Source: an uncultured Chloroflexia bacterium (GTDB lineage Bacteria > Chloroflexota > Limnocylindria > QHBO01). Taken from it: a DNA stretch of 64,000 nucleotides. The notes beneath the pieces are model-generated. The model did no database searches, was not told the DNA's origin, and was given only the letters and a program-made list of their open reading frames with translations. The stretch covers positions 774,334-838,333 of the forward strand of contig CAVYGE010000006.1 of NCBI GenBank assembly GCA_963767985.1. Reading direction: 5' to 3'. A program made the position numbers and the translations under genes. Shown here piece after piece: positions 21,093-31,630 of the stretch (within the stretch, counting starts at the first letter, position 1; every line of letters begins with the position of its first letter).

Positions 21093-22391
21093 ATGTCCGA
21101 ACGCGCACGCATGATCGACCTCACCACCGCGGTCGAGCGCGCCTTCCTCATCGGCCTCGACGACCCGAACGACGATCGGTGGCCGGTGCAGCGCTCGCTC
21201 GCGGAGCTCGGTGCCCTGGCCGAGACGGCCGGGGCGAGCGTCGTCGGCTCGGCACATCAACGGCGTCCGAGCCCGGACCCGGTGTGGTACTTCGGGAAGG
21301 GCCGGGCTGCCGAGCTGGTGGATGAAAAGGCGGCCACCGACTTCAACCTGCTGATCGTCGACGACGAGCTGGCGCCGAACCAGCAGCGCAGCCTCGAGAA
21401 ACTGCTTGACTGCAAGGTCCTTGACCGGTCCGCGCTGATCATCGACATCTTCGCCCGCCATGCCACGACGAAGGAGGGGCGCCTGCAGGTCGAGCTCGCC
21501 GCGCTGGAGTACCACCTCCCGCGCCTGACGCGCATGTGGACGCACCTTTCGCGCACGGGTGGCGGCATCGGGACCCGGGGTCCGGGCGAGAGTCAGCTCG
21601 AGACGGACCGTCGCCTCATCCGCGAGAAGATCAAGAAGGTCAAGGCCGATCTTGCCGATGTCGAGCGACACCGCAGCACGGCCGCCCGCAATCGCGATCG
21701 CAACGAGGTTGCGACCGTGGCCCTGGTCGGGTACACGAATGCCGGCAAGAGCACCCTGCTGAACGCCCTGGCCGATGCGGATGTCTACGTTGCCGACATG
21801 CTGTTCGCCACGCTCGACCCCACCAGCCGCCAGGTCTCGCTGCCGAACGGGCAGCGCGTCGTGATGACCGATACGGTCGGATTCATCAACAAGCTCCCGC
21901 ACGACCTGGTCGACGCGTTCCGCGCGACGCTCGAGGAGGTCCGGCGCGCCGACCTCCTGCTCGAGGTCGTCGACGCGGCCGATCCGGACTTTGTCGGCCA
22001 GCAGGCCGCCGTGCAGTCCGTGCTGGACGAGCTTGGAGCAGGGGACAAGCCGCGGATCACGGTCTTCAACAAGATCGACCGGCTGGCCATGGACGCCAGC
22101 ACCGCGCCCGCGACCGACCAGGCTGCCTTTGCCAGCGCCATCACCGGGGCAGGTCTTCCCGAACTGCGCGAGCGGATTGCCGATGCGCTGCGTGGCCAGA
22201 TGGTCGCGGTTGACGCCGTCGTGCCGTACGAGCGAGGCGAGCTCGTGGCCCGCGCTCGATCGAGTGGCGAGGTCGAAGAGCGCTACGAAGAGCGCGGGGT
22301 GCGCGTCAGCGGCCACCTTCCGCAGGGCATGGCGGCCGAGCTCACCGCGGCCGGGCGCAACGGTCGGCGTCGCCCCGACGCGTCGGGCTGA
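21093..22391 (+). CDS. hflX: GTPase HflX
   Basis: HflX N-domain followed by a G-domain (GYTNAGKSTLLNAL...DTVGF...NKID). Start chosen at MSERARMIDLT. Confidence 0.9.
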   Translation: MSERARMIDLTTAVERAFLIGLDDPNDDRWPVQRSLAELGALAETAGASVVGSAHQRRPSPDPVWYFGKGRAAELVDEKAATDFNLLIVDDELAPNQQRSLEKLLDCKVLDRSALIIDIFARHATTKEGRLQVELAALEYHLPRLTRMWTHLSRTGGGIGTRGPGESQLETDRRLIREKIKKVKADLADVERHRSTAARNRDRNEVATVALVGYTNAGKSTLLNALADADVYVADMLFATLDPTSRQVSLPNGQRVVMTDTVGFINKLPHDLVDAFRATLEEVRRADLLLEVVDAADPDFVGQQAAVQSVLDELGAGDKPRITVFNKIDRLAMDASTAPATDQAAFASAITGAGLPELRERIADALRGQMVAVDAVVPYERGELVARARSSGEVEERYEERGVRVSGHLPQGMAAELTAAGRNGRRRPDASG

Positions 22392-22399
22392 GCGTCACG

Positions 22400-23782
22400 T
22401 TGTCGATGCTTCCCGAGCTCCGCGAGGAGCTCCTGGCGATGACTGCGCGTGAGCTCGCAGCCGCTGAGGCGTTCTACGCTCGGTGCGCCGCGGATCCGAA
22501 GCTGGACCGGGAGCTCGATCGGCGCCTGGCTGGCGCCGCCACTCCCCTCATTCGCGCGCTCGCAGACTGGGAGGAGCCGCCAGCGGAAGGTTCCGCACTC
22601 CTGGCGGTCAACGAGGCCAACGTTCAACGCTTCTCGGAGCTGATGGCGGAATCGGGCTCCTGGCCAGGCCTGCGCGCTGTTGGTGCCGATGGCGCCGATG
22701 CCGCCTGGATGCTGGCGCAGCATGCGGACCGGGACAATGAGCTGCGACGGGAATGGCTGACGACACTTGCCGATGCGGTCGTCACCGGTGACGCCGACCC
22801 GCGTCACCTCGCGACGCTGGCCGACCGCGTTGCGGCCGTCGCCGGCGAGCCCCAGCCGTACGGCACGATTGCCATGTTGGCCAACGACGGCGAGGTGGAA
22901 TACCCGCTGCCGGTGGCCGATGCGGCCCGGCTCGACGAGCGGCGACGAGCCATCGACCTGCCATCACCGGCTCAGGACGCCCCGTTCCTCTCCGAGGGCG
23001 ACCTCATCCCCTATGGCCAGGACCGCGGATCCGTTCCGGTCAACCTGTGGCCGATGGTCCTCGAGGGCCACGTGTCGATCGAGGCGTGCCTCGAGGCCGG
23101 CGTCCGACGGGTGCGCCGCATCTGGGCTACACGCCCGGGGGACCGGCGCCTGGGACGACTTCGTGCACTCGCGCGAGAACGGGGCGTTCTGATCGAGCAG
23201 GTCGGATCCGAGATCATCGACGATGTGGCATCGGGCCGCAGCCATGGGGGTGTCATCGCGCTGGTTGGCGCGCGGACCGAGATCGGGGTCGGCACGCTGC
23301 TGGCCGAGGTGGGGGAGGGATCGCTGATCGTGATGCTGGATGGCATCGAGGATCCGTTCAACTACGGCCAAGCGGTTCGGGCGCTATACGCCGCGGGCGT
23401 CGGCGGGCTGGTCGTCCGCAGAAGTTGGGAGACGGCATTGGGAACGGTCACGCGCGCGTCGGCCGGCGCCACCGAGCTGATGCCGACGGCTCGTGCGGAC
23501 TCAGCCGAGGCGGCCGCGGAGGTCTGTCGTCGTGCGGGGATGCGCATCGCGGCGGCGGTCGCATCGGACGATGCCCTCGAGGTCACGCAGATCGATCTGT
23601 CGGGCGGACTATTCGTGTTGATCGGTGGCGAACGCCGCGGCGTGACGCGATCCTTCGTGGAACAAGCCGATGTGCGGCTGAGGATCGGCTACGGGCGGGC
23701 TGCGGCGCCGGAGCTCGGCGCGGCGACCTCGGCCGCCATCATCGCCTTCGAGGCGCTCCGCCAGCGGACGCGCGAAGGCTAG
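22400..23782 (+). CDS. Two-domain protein: an uncharacterised N-terminal domain (~220 aa, possibly DUF6624-like) fused to a SpoU/TrmH-family RNA 2'-O-methyltransferase
   Basis: C-terminal GGVIALVGARTE...LIVMLDGIEDPFNYGQAVRALYAAG...LIGGERRGV fits a SPOUT methylase. N-terminal ...DAAWMLAQHADRD... The join is in frame. Confidence 0.65.
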   Translation: MSMLPELREELLAMTARELAAAEAFYARCAADPKLDRELDRRLAGAATPLIRALADWEEPPAEGSALLAVNEANVQRFSELMAESGSWPGLRAVGADGADAAWMLAQHADRDNELRREWLTTLADAVVTGDADPRHLATLADRVAAVAGEPQPYGTIAMLANDGEVEYPLPVADAARLDERRRAIDLPSPAQDAPFLSEGDLIPYGQDRGSVPVNLWPMVLEGHVSIEACLEAGVRRVRRIWATRPGDRRLGRLRALARERGVLIEQVGSEIIDDVASGRSHGGVIALVGARTEIGVGTLLAEVGEGSLIVMLDGIEDPFNYGQAVRALYAAGVGGLVVRRSWETALGTVTRASAGATELMPTARADSAEAAAEVCRRAGMRIAAAVASDDALEVTQIDLSGGLFVLIGGERRGVTRSFVEQADVRLRIGYGRAAAPELGAATSAAIIAFEALRQRTREG

Positions 23783-24024
23783 AAGATCCGGCGACCTGCG
23801 AGGCGATCGGCACTTGGCCGACCGACGTGCGGGCGCGACAACCGGCGCCACACACGCTCTCGAATCGCCAGACCGGTCACCATGTAGAGACCGGCCAGCG
23901 ACACGACCAGGCCGTATCCGACCGCCAGAGGTCCGAGCTCGCCGCCGACGGCGGTGCCGCCGACCATGCCAAGGCTGCCCAGGGCCAGGCCGGTGATCGC
24001 AACTGACCAGAGTGTTGTTCGCAT
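23779..24024 (-). CDS. Small membrane protein (81 aa, two predicted TM helices)
   Basis: MRTTLWSVAITGLALGSLGMVGG...GYGLVVSLAGLYMVTGLAI. It is convergent with the TrmH-like gene (4-nt overlap). No family recognised. Confidence 0.4.
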   Translation of the reverse strand: MRTTLWSVAITGLALGSLGMVGGTAVGGELGPLAVGYGLVVSLAGLYMVTGLAIRERVWRRLSRPHVGRPSADRLAGRRIF

Positions 24025-24161
24025 GACGTGAGCCTACTCCGGGGTCGCGGCATGCTCAGATAGGACCTTCGTTCCGTACGGGCCATGACGTGGCGTCGCC
24101 CAGGACCGCCTGAGACTACTCAGTTCGTGGTCGTCAGCCACTTCCGCAAATGTACGTTATG

Positions 24162-25269
24162 TTATGTAGAGGCAGCAGACGGTGTGAGGCCGACGACGTT
24201 GCTGGCGCTCACAGGGCGGCTCAGGCCCTTGATGGCGAGCTCACCGACCGATTCCACCGCCACCAGGTCCTCGAGCATGCCGACGACCATCTGGCTGACC
24301 AGGATCTGGTCCGCGGCGGCCTGGCTGCTCAAGCGCGACGCCAGGATCGTGACGTTGCCGATGGCGCCGTAGTCATGGCGCCCCTCGAAGCCGATGCGGC
24401 CAAGCGTGGCATAGCCGACGGCGATCCCGACCCCGAAGCCGAGCTCGTAGCCGCGGCGGCGCCAGCCCGCGGAGAGCGGCCCGAACCGCTCACGCATGGT
24501 CACGGCCATGCGGACGGCTCGCTCGACGTGATCGTCCTGTGGGATCGGGTCGTTGAAGAAGATCATCACGCCGTCGCCGGCGAAGTGCTCGAGCGTGCCG
24601 CCGTACTCGGTGATGACCTCGCCCATCATCCGGTGATACTCGCCGAGGACGCCGAGCATCTCCTCGGGGTCGGCGCCTTCGGCGAACGTCGTGAACCCGC
24701 GCAGGTCGCAGAAGCAGACGGTGATCTGGCGGCGATGTCCGGACAGCATCTGCTCGCCCTCGCTGGATGAGATCAGCTGGGCGATCTGCGGAGACAGGAA
24801 TCGGCTGAGCTCCTCCTTCTGTCGCTCGATCGTGCTCGTCATGATCCGCTGCTGTTCGATGTACTCGAGCTCGAGATCGCGCAGCCGCTTGGCCGCCAGG
24901 GACGCGTTCAGCCGGGCCTGGAGGATGCGAGGGTTGATCGGCTTGGTCAGGTAGTCGGTCGCGCCCAGCTCGATACAGCGGACGACGCTGTCCAGCTCCT
25001 CGACGCCCGAGACCATGAGCACCGGGATGTGGCGGATCGCCTCATCGGCCTTCATCGCTGCCAGCGTCTCGTAGCCGTCGAGCTCCGGCATCACGACGTC
25101 GAGCAGCACGATGTCGATGGCATCGCCGTGCGAACGCAGCAGCTCCATGCCCTGGGCGCCATTCTCGGCCTCCAGGACCTCGAGTCCGAGTCCGGTGAGC
25201 TGGCGTGCCAGGACCAGCCGGTTGACGCGGCTGTCGTCGACGACGAGCGCGATGCCGGTCTCGGTCACG
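24162..25269 (-). CDS. Response-regulator receiver domain fused to a class III adenylate/guanylate cyclase
   Basis: REC domain (ALVVDDSRVNRLVLARQL...LDVVMPELDGYETL...VLMVSG) followed by a CYCc domain (ITVCFCDLRGFTTFAE...FAGDGVM...YGAIGNVTILASRL). GTG start overlaps the Hpt stop (GTGA). Confidence 0.85.
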
Positions 25270-25642
25270 CGCTGTCCCCGTCGGCGATCCACGCCCGCAG
25301 CGCCTCGGATGTCGCCTCCCACTCCGAGCGGACTCGCGCTGCGGCTTCCTCCCCCGCTCCTGCCAGTGAACCGGAACGCGCCGCCATCTCGAGCTCGCGT
25401 GACGTGCCGGCCAGACGGGCCGCACCCACGGTGGCGCTGCTCGACTTCAAGGTGTGCGACGGCCGCACCATCCCCTCTGCGTCATCGGCGGCGCGCGCCG
25501 CCTCGATCGCGGCGACGTGCGTGCCGCCATCGGCGAGGTAGGCTTCGATCAGCTCGACGACGAAGCCTCGGTCACCGTCGACGGACGCGCGAAGCTCGTC
25601 GAGCGTTCCGGCGTCCAGCGTCGGGGTCTCTGGGTCGCTCAT
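25266..25642 (-). CDS. Hpt (histidine phosphotransfer) domain protein
   Basis: 125-aa protein with the Hpt signature HTLKSSSATVGAARL. Confidence 0.8.
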
Positions 25643-25655
25643 GGCTTGCTTCCTT

Positions 25656-28600
25656 TCACCCTGCGGGCGTTCTTGGGGCTCGCGCCAGTGCCGCAGCGAG
25701 CTCGGCCGGCCGGATCGGCTTGCTGATGTAGTCGTTCATGCCCGCGGAGATGCACGCTTCGCGGTCGCCGGCCATGGCGTTCGCGGTCATGGCGATGATC
25801 CAGACGTCGCGATCGGCCAGCTCAGCGCGGATGCGACGCGTCGCCTCGAGACCGTCGAGCTCCGGCATCTGCACGTCCATCAGAACCACGTCGTAGGGCC
25901 CGCGCTCGACCGCCGCTACGGCCTGGAGGCCGTCCTCGGCCAGGTCGATCTCGTATGCCAGCTGGCCCAGGAGTCGCTTCGCGAGCTTCTGGTTCACGGG
26001 ATTGTCCTCGGCGAGGAGGATCCGAAGCGGATGACGCTCACCGAGCGGTGAGCCGTCGGTCTCGACCGGGATGGGCGGCGAGATCTCGACCGACGCCCCG
26101 AGCAGGATGGTGGCGATCGTGTCGTGCAGGGCTGATGGCTTCACGGGCTTGGCCAGCCAGGCGGAGATGGCGTCGCTTTCGCGGTCGCGAAGGCCGATGG
26201 ATGACAGGATCACGACCGGCATCGGCGCGGCCTCGCCGGTCAACCGCTTCACCTCGTCGGCCAGCTCGAGCCCGTCGCGCTCCGGCATGAGCAGGTCGAA
26301 GAGTGCGATCTCGAAGTGCTCACCGGCGCGGAGCCATGCGATGGCCTCGCTCGGCTGTCCGGTCTCGCGCGGGATCATCCCCCACCGAGCTGTCTGGGCG
26401 ACCAGGATCCGGCGGTTCGTGGCGTTGTCGTCGACGATCAGGACGCGACGCCCGCTCAGGTCGGCGTCGAGCCGCGCCGGACGGCTCGTTGCCACCGCAT
26501 CGTCGGACGCGACGGGCATGCGAGCCACGAGACGGAAGGTACTCCCCTCCCCCGCCACGCCGCTGCTCTCGGCGTTGAGCGACCCGTCCATGAGCTCCGC
26601 CAGGCGACGGCTGATGGCGAGCCCCAGTCCCGTGCCGCCATATCGGCGTGCGATCGAAGCATCCACCTGGCTGAAAGACTGGAAGAGCTTGCCCATCTTG
26701 TCGGGCGGGATGCCGATGCCGGTGTCCCGGACGTCGACGCGAAGCTCGCAGCGCGCGGCTCGCTTCCGTCCGTCGCCGGGCTCGGTGGTGCCGCCCACGG
26801 TCACCACGACCTCGCCCTGTTCCGTGAACTTCAGCGCATTCGACAGCAGGTTGAGGATCACCTGGCGCAGGCGGCCGGCATCGCCGACGAGGTTCGCCGG
26901 CAGGTCGTCGTCGACCGCATAGACGAGCTCGAGGCCCCTCGAGGCGGCCGCCGGAGCCAGGATGTCGAGCGAGGCTTCGATCGCGTCGCGGAGGACGAAG
27001 GGCTCGCTCTCGAGATCCACGCGACCGGCCTCGATCTTCGAGAAGTCGAGGACGTCGTTGATGATCGTGAGGAGCGCGTCGCCCGAGGTCCGGATCGTCT
27101 CGGCGAAGTCGCGCTGCTCGTCGTCGAGGCGCGTATCGAGCAGCAGGCCGCTCATGCCGATGATCGCGTTCAGCGGGGTTCGGATCTCGTGGCTCATCGC
27201 CGCGAGGAAGCTGCTCTTCGCCTCGTTCGCCTGCTCGGCCACCGCCTTGGACTCGGTCGCATCGCTGAACAGGCGTGCGTTCTGCAGCGCGATCGCTGCC
27301 TGCTGGGAGAGGCCCGTCAGGAAGCTGAGGTCGGCGGTCGTGAACGGCCGGTGCTCGGTATCGCGCCACACGGCGAGCACACCGGCCACCTCGCCCTGGA
27401 CGATGAGCGGGGCCGCCATGAGCCGGCCGTTGTCGTCGCCGGTCCCGGCGATGTGCTCGGTCCGCTCGTCATCGGCGGTGCTGTTCACGACCTCCGCCTT
27501 GCCGGTCACCGCAACCGTCCCCACGATCCCCTTCCCGCGCGTCACGGGATCGGCCTTGACCTCCTCGGCCACGGTGCCGACCGCGATGACGCCCTCAAGG
27601 GTGTCCGCATCGCCCTGTGGCAGGTAGAGCGCGCTGGTGTCGGCGTCGAGCAGCGTCTGCGCCCGGTTGGCGATGAGCTCGAGGACGACCGACAACTCGA
27701 GGGTCGCCGACATCTCTCGCCCGACGTCGGCCAGTGCCGCCATCTCCTCCGCCCGCCGGCGCGTCTCGTCATACAGCCGGGCGTTCTGCACGGCCACCCC
27801 GACGTTTGCCGCAATGGTTGCCAGCAGGCGTGCATCGGACTCGTTGAAGCGTCCCTCGTGCTTCGTGCTCTGCACGCTGATGACGCCGATGACCCGGTCG
27901 CCGGTGAAGACCGGCACGCCGAGCCATGACTTGGCGCGGGTTCCCGTCCCGCGCTGGCCCAGGGCCGTCCAGTCAGCCTCTCGATTCAGGAGCAATGGCT
28001 GGCGGCGCTCGATCACCCGCGATGTGAGGCCCTCGCCGAGCGCCAGAGGCTCCTGTTCCTGCGTCGCCCCCTCCTCGGCGTAGTACGGGAAGTCGATCTT
28101 GCCGCCTTCCTGGTCGACCAGGGCGACGTAGGCGATATCGGCGTCGAATGCCTCACGTGCGCGCTCCCCCACCACCGCGAGCAGGGGCTCGACCTCGAGC
28201 TGCGCGGTGATCGCCTCGCCGACGTCGTTGATCGTTCCCAGCTCGGAGACGCGGCGACGCGTCTCGTCGAGAAGCCGCCCGGTCCTCAGGGCGACGCTGA
28301 GGCTCGCCGCGATGGTCGTCGAGCAGGGAGACGTCGCGCTCATCGAAGGCGTACTCGCGGTCCAGGTTCTGGAGCGACAGGGTGCCGAGTACTTCGTCGC
28401 CCAGGCCGATGGGGACGAACACCGCCGACCGCGCGGCTTCGCCCACCAGCTGAGCGGGCTGACCCAGCTCGGCGGCACGCGCCTCGAGGTCGTGCGTGAC
28501 CACGATCGGCTCGCGCGTCGCGCGAACATGCCGGCGAAAGCCGATGACGGGACTCGGGTGATCCGCGAATGCGCTTGCCCCGTTCCAGCACGAACGGGAA

Positions 28601-31535
28601 GTGCATGCGGTCCTCGTCGGGGTCGAAGATCGCAATATCGACGACGTTCGCGTCGAAGACGTCGCTGGCCCGCTCGCCGACCAGCTCGTACATCGACTGG
28701 ATATCGAGCTCCGAGGAGAGACCGCGCTGGATGCTGTTCACGATGGCGAGCTCGGCAGCGCGCCGCTTCGTCTCGTCGAACAGCCGCGCGTTCTCGAGCG
28801 CGACGCTCAGGCTCGCGGCGAGCGTCGTGATGCAGCCGGATGTCGCCATCTCCGAAGGCATCCGCACGATCGAGGTTCTGGAGCGAGATTCGGCCTCGTA
28901 CCTCGCCGCCCGAGACGAGCGGCGCGATGAGGATCGCCTTCGGCGCCTCGCCCTGGACTGAGGGTGAAATTCCGAGCGACTCCTGCCACGCGGGCACGTC
29001 GATCACGTGGAGCGGCTGTCGGGTGCGCATCACCTCCGTGGTCACAGGCGAGCTCTCGATGGGCGTCGGCTCGTCGGGGAACCGCACCCCACGCTCGATC
29101 GTGTACGGGTAGCGCACGAGACCCGCCTCGCGGTCGATGATGCCGATGTCGACGACCTGGGCATCGAAGATCTCCCGGATCTTGTCTCCGACCAGGTCGT
29201 ACATGGCCTGCATCTCGAGGTTCTGAGCGAGCCCCTCCTGCACGCTGTTGATGATCGCCAGCTCGGCGGCACGCTCGTCGGTCTCGACGAGGAGCCGCTT
29301 CGTCTCGTCGAACAGCCGCGCGTTCTCGAGGGCCACGCTCAGGCTCGCGGCGAGGGTCGTGAGGAGCCGGAGATCACTCTCCGAGAAGGCGTTCGTACGG
29401 TCCAGGTTCTGGAGCGAGATCCGCCCGCGGACCTCCCCACTGGCGACGAGCGGGGCCATGAGCACCGACTTGGAGGCCTCTCCCTGGACGACCTCGACGC
29501 TGCCGTGATCCGCCTCCCACGCCGGTACGTCGTTCAGGAGGAGCGGCCCGCTCTCCAGCATGAGGTTGAAGAACCGGGACCCGTCCAGGGAGGTGGGCTC
29601 ATCGGGGTAGCGGACGCCGCGCTCGATCGAATACGGATAGCGCAGGACGCCCGCCGGTCGATCGATGATGCCGATGTCGACGACCTGGGCATCGAAGATC
29701 TCCCGGATCTTGTCTCCGACCAGGTCGTACATGGCCTGCATCTCGAGGTTCTGCGCGAGCCCCTCCTGCACGCTGTTGATGATCGCCAGCTCGGCGGCGC
29801 GTTCGTCGGTCTCGGTCAGGAGGCGCTTGGTCTCGTCGAAGAGCCGTGCGTTCTCGAGCGCCACGCTCAGGCTCGAGGCCAACGTCGTGAGAAGCCGGAG
29901 GTCGCGCTCGGTGTAGGCGTGCGTCCGATCAAGGTTCTGGAGCGAGATGCGGCCACGAACCTTGCCGCCGCCCATGAGAGGCGCAAAGAGGCCTGACTGC
30001 GGGTGCTCGCCCTGGACGATTGTGTGACCGGCATGCTCGCGCTCCCAGACGGTGAAGTCCGGGATCGACAGTGGCTGACGAGTCTCGATGAGGTGGGTCA
30101 GGATGGCGGAGTCGCCGAGCTCGTTCGGCTGATCCGGGAAACGCTCGCCGCGCTCGATGGTGTAGGGGTAATGGATGCGCCCGTCACCGTCGTCGATGAC
30201 GCCGATGTCGAGCACCTGAGCGTCGAAGATCTCGCGCATCTTGTCACCGACGAGGTCGTACATGGCCTGCATCTCGAGGTTCTGGGCGAGCCCTTGCTGG
30301 ACGCTGTTGATGATCGCCAGCTCGGCGGCCCGCTCGTTGGTCTCCACCAGCAGCCGCTTCGTCTCCTCGAACAGGCGCGCGTTCTCGAGCGCGACGCCCA
30401 TGCTGGACGCAAGCGTGGCGAGCAGGCGTTCGTCACCATCGCTGAACGCGTGGGCCTCCTCGCGTTCGATGCTCACCACGCCGAGGACGCGATCGCCGGC
30501 CGGGATCGGGACGCCGAGCCATGAATCGCTCTGCGCTTCGTCCCCCTCGAACCGCCCCTTGACGACGGGCTGGTGCTGAGCCATCTCGTCGCTTGAGGCG
30601 ATGCGCAGTGGCGCTTTCGAGCGGATGACCTCCGATGTCAGTCCGGGTCCGAGCTCGAACGGCTCGAACGGGATCGGCGTGCCGCGGTCGAAGGCGTACG
30701 GGATCGTGATCTGGCGCGTCGACTCGTCGTACAGGGCGATGGCGACCGAATCCGACTCGAAGACCGCACTGATCCGGTCGCCGACCAGGCTGATGATGAC
30801 GTCGAAGTCGAGCTGCTTCGCGAGCCCGGTGCCGATCTCGTTGATGAGCGCCAGCTCCGCATTGCGCTGCCGGGTCTCCTCGATCGCGCGGGCGCGCGTC
30901 AGCGCCGTCGCGATGTGCTGCGCCACAAACGTCAGGAGTTCGAGGTCGCGACGGCCGTGGACGCGGTCCTCACGGTAGCTCTGGATGACGACGGCGCCGA
31001 TCGTCCGCTCATCGGCCCGCAACGGCGCACCCATCCAGTCGACGCCGAGCACTCCGATCATCTCCGCGTCTCCGCGCGAGACGATCTGCCGGTATTCGTC
31101 CTGCGTCCAGAGCTCGGGCTTTCCGTGTCGAAGGAGATAGGCCGTCAGGCCGGCGCCTTCTCCCGAGCCGATCGGCTCCCACAGGTTGGGATCGGGCACG
31201 TCGAGATCGACCTCGTCGCGGTAGAACGGAAAGTTGATGAGCTGACGCCGGTCGTCGTACAGCGCGATGAAGAAGTTATCGGCGTACATCAGCTCGCCCA
31301 CGATCTCGTGGATCGCCGCGTAGAAGGCGGGCATGTCCGCCGCGGCACTGGCCGTCTCCGCGATGCGGTAGAGGGCCGCCTGGACGCGCTCGGAGGACTC
31401 CGTGGCTCGCAGCCGCTCTTCCAGCTCCCTGATGCGCTCGCGGGCCGTGTCGAGCGCGATGCCATCCGAACCGGTATGTGACGGGTTCTCGGTGGCGGCT
31501 ATGGGATCGGTCCTCCTGCCAGCCGTGCGGCCCAT
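25656..31535 (-). CDS. Giant hybrid sensor histidine kinase: about 8 tandem GAF modules, HisKA, HATPase_c and two C-terminal receiver domains. There are internal frameshifts around 28150-28900.
   Basis: A 1959-codon ORF. Repeated modules ...[34 protein letters not shown]...GAF...RISLQNLDR... C-terminal HisKA ([13 protein letters not shown]), HATPase (GTGLGLAI) and two REC domains ([11 protein letters not shown]...; [11 protein letters not shown]...[14 protein letters not shown]). Between roughly 28150 and 28900 the long frame yields Arg-rich junk while the other two frames carry GAF sequence. Confidence 0.8.
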   Translation of the reverse strand: MGRTAGRRTDPIAATENPSHTGSDGIALDTARERIRELEERLRATESSERVQAALYRIAETASAAADMPAFYAAIHEIVGELMYADNFFIALYDDRRQLINFPFYRDEVDLDVPDPNLWEPIGSGEGAGLTAYLLRHGKPELWTQDEYRQIVSRGDAEMIGVLGVDWMGAPLRADERTIGAVVIQSYREDRVHGRRDLELLTFVAQHIATALTRARAIEETRQRNAELALINEIGTGLAKQLDFDVIISLVGDRISAVFESDSVAIALYDESTRQITIPYAFDRGTPIPFEPFELGPGLTSEVIRSKAPLRIASSDEMAQHQPVVKGRFEGDEAQSDSWLGVPIPAGDRVLGVVSIEREEAHAFSDGDERLLATLASSMGVALENARLFEETKRLLVETNERAAELAIINSVQQGLAQNLEMQAMYDLVGDKMREIFDAQVLDIGVIDDGDGRIHYPYTIERGERFPDQPNELGDSAILTHLIETRQPLSIPDFTVWEREHAGHTIVQGEHPQSGLFAPLMGGGKVRGRISLQNLDRTHAYTERDLRLLTTLASSLSVALENARLFDETKRLLTETDERAAELAIINSVQEGLAQNLEMQAMYDLVGDKIREIFDAQVVDIGIIDRPAGVLRYPYSIERGVRYPDEPTSLDGSRFFNLMLESGPLLLNDVPAWEADHGSVEVVQGEASKSVLMAPLVASGEVRGRISLQNLDRTNAFSESDLRLLTTLAASLSVALENARLFDETKRLLVETDERAAELAIINSVQEGLAQNLEMQAMYDLVGDKIREIFDAQVVDIGIIDREAGLVRYPYTIERGVRFPDEPTPIESSPVTTEVMRTRQPLHVIDVPAWQESLGISPSVQGEAPKAILIAPLVSGGEVRGRISLQNLDRADAFGDGDIRLHHDARREPERRARERAAVRRDEAARCRARHREQHPARSLLGARYPVDVRAGRRAGQRRLRRERRRYCDLRPRRGPHALPVRAGTGQAHSRITRVPSSAFAGMFARRASRSWSRTTSRRVPPSWVSPLSWWAKPRGRRCSSPSAWATKYSAPCRSRTWTASTPSMSATSPCSTTIAASLSVALRTGRLLDETRRRVSELGTINDVGEAITAQLEVEPLLAVVGERAREAFDADIAYVALVDQEGGKIDFPYYAEEGATQEQEPLALGEGLTSRVIERRQPLLLNREADWTALGQRGTGTRAKSWLGVPVFTGDRVIGVISVQSTKHEGRFNESDARLLATIAANVGVAVQNARLYDETRRRAEEMAALADVGREMSATLELSVVLELIANRAQTLLDADTSALYLPQGDADTLEGVIAVGTVAEEVKADPVTRGKGIVGTVAVTGKAEVVNSTADDERTEHIAGTGDDNGRLMAAPLIVQGEVAGVLAVWRDTEHRPFTTADLSFLTGLSQQAAIALQNARLFSDATESKAVAEQANEAKSSFLAAMSHEIRTPLNAIIGMSGLLLDTRLDDEQRDFAETIRTSGDALLTIINDVLDFSKIEAGRVDLESEPFVLRDAIEASLDILAPAAASRGLELVYAVDDDLPANLVGDAGRLRQVILNLLSNALKFTEQGEVVVTVGGTTEPGDGRKRAARCELRVDVRDTGIGIPPDKMGKLFQSFSQVDASIARRYGGTGLGLAISRRLAELMDGSLNAESSGVAGEGSTFRLVARMPVASDDAVATSRPARLDADLSGRRVLIVDDNATNRRILVAQTARWGMIPRETGQPSEAIAWLRAGEHFEIALFDLLMPERDGLELADEVKRLTGEAAPMPVVILSSIGLRDRESDAISAWLAKPVKPSALHDTIATILLGASVEISPPIPVETDGSPLGERHPLRILLAEDNPVNQKLAKRLLGQLAYEIDLAEDGLQAVAAVERGPYDVVLMDVQMPELDGLEATRRIRAELADRDVWIIAMTANAMAGDREACISAGMNDYISKPIRPAELAAALARAPRTPAG
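28600..30440 (-). repeat. Tandem near-identical ~530-bp repeats (coiled linker + GAF module) inside the histidine-kinase gene
   Basis: Example: 29161-29370 and 29691-29900 are >95% identical at the DNA level, and further copies lie near 28630 and 30220. Confidence 0.8.
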
Positions 31536-31630
31536 GGGTCATGGGTGGGCCCTGCGGCGCGGCTATTGTGCGCGAACGACACCTCGGCGTCGAGGTGATC
31601 GTGACACCGCCAGCCGGGCGATGGAGCTGG

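Noticed and set aside
21075-22316. 413-aa ORF on the minus strand
   Set aside because: It lies antisense to a full-length hflX. Its translation is Arg/Gly/Ala-rich with no recognisable domain. This is a typical GC-rich antisense artefact.
26316-27929. 537-aa plus-strand ORF and other long ORFs across 26000-31500
   Set aside because: Antisense or off-frame relative to the histidine-kinase gene, whose domain structure explains the region.
28600-30440. Regularly spaced near-identical repeats. I considered a CRISPR array.
   Set aside because: The units are ~530 bp, each encodes a GAF module in frame, and there are no short spacers. These are intragenic protein-module repeats, not CRISPR.
25656-31535. 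Taking the 1959-codon ORF at face value as one error-free protein
   Set aside because: Between about 28150 and 28900 the long frame translates to Arg-rich junk. Meanwhile ORFs 28340..28867 and 28153..28635 in the other two frames carry clean GAF sequence. So the gene is real, but the reading frame is broken and restored by compensating indels.
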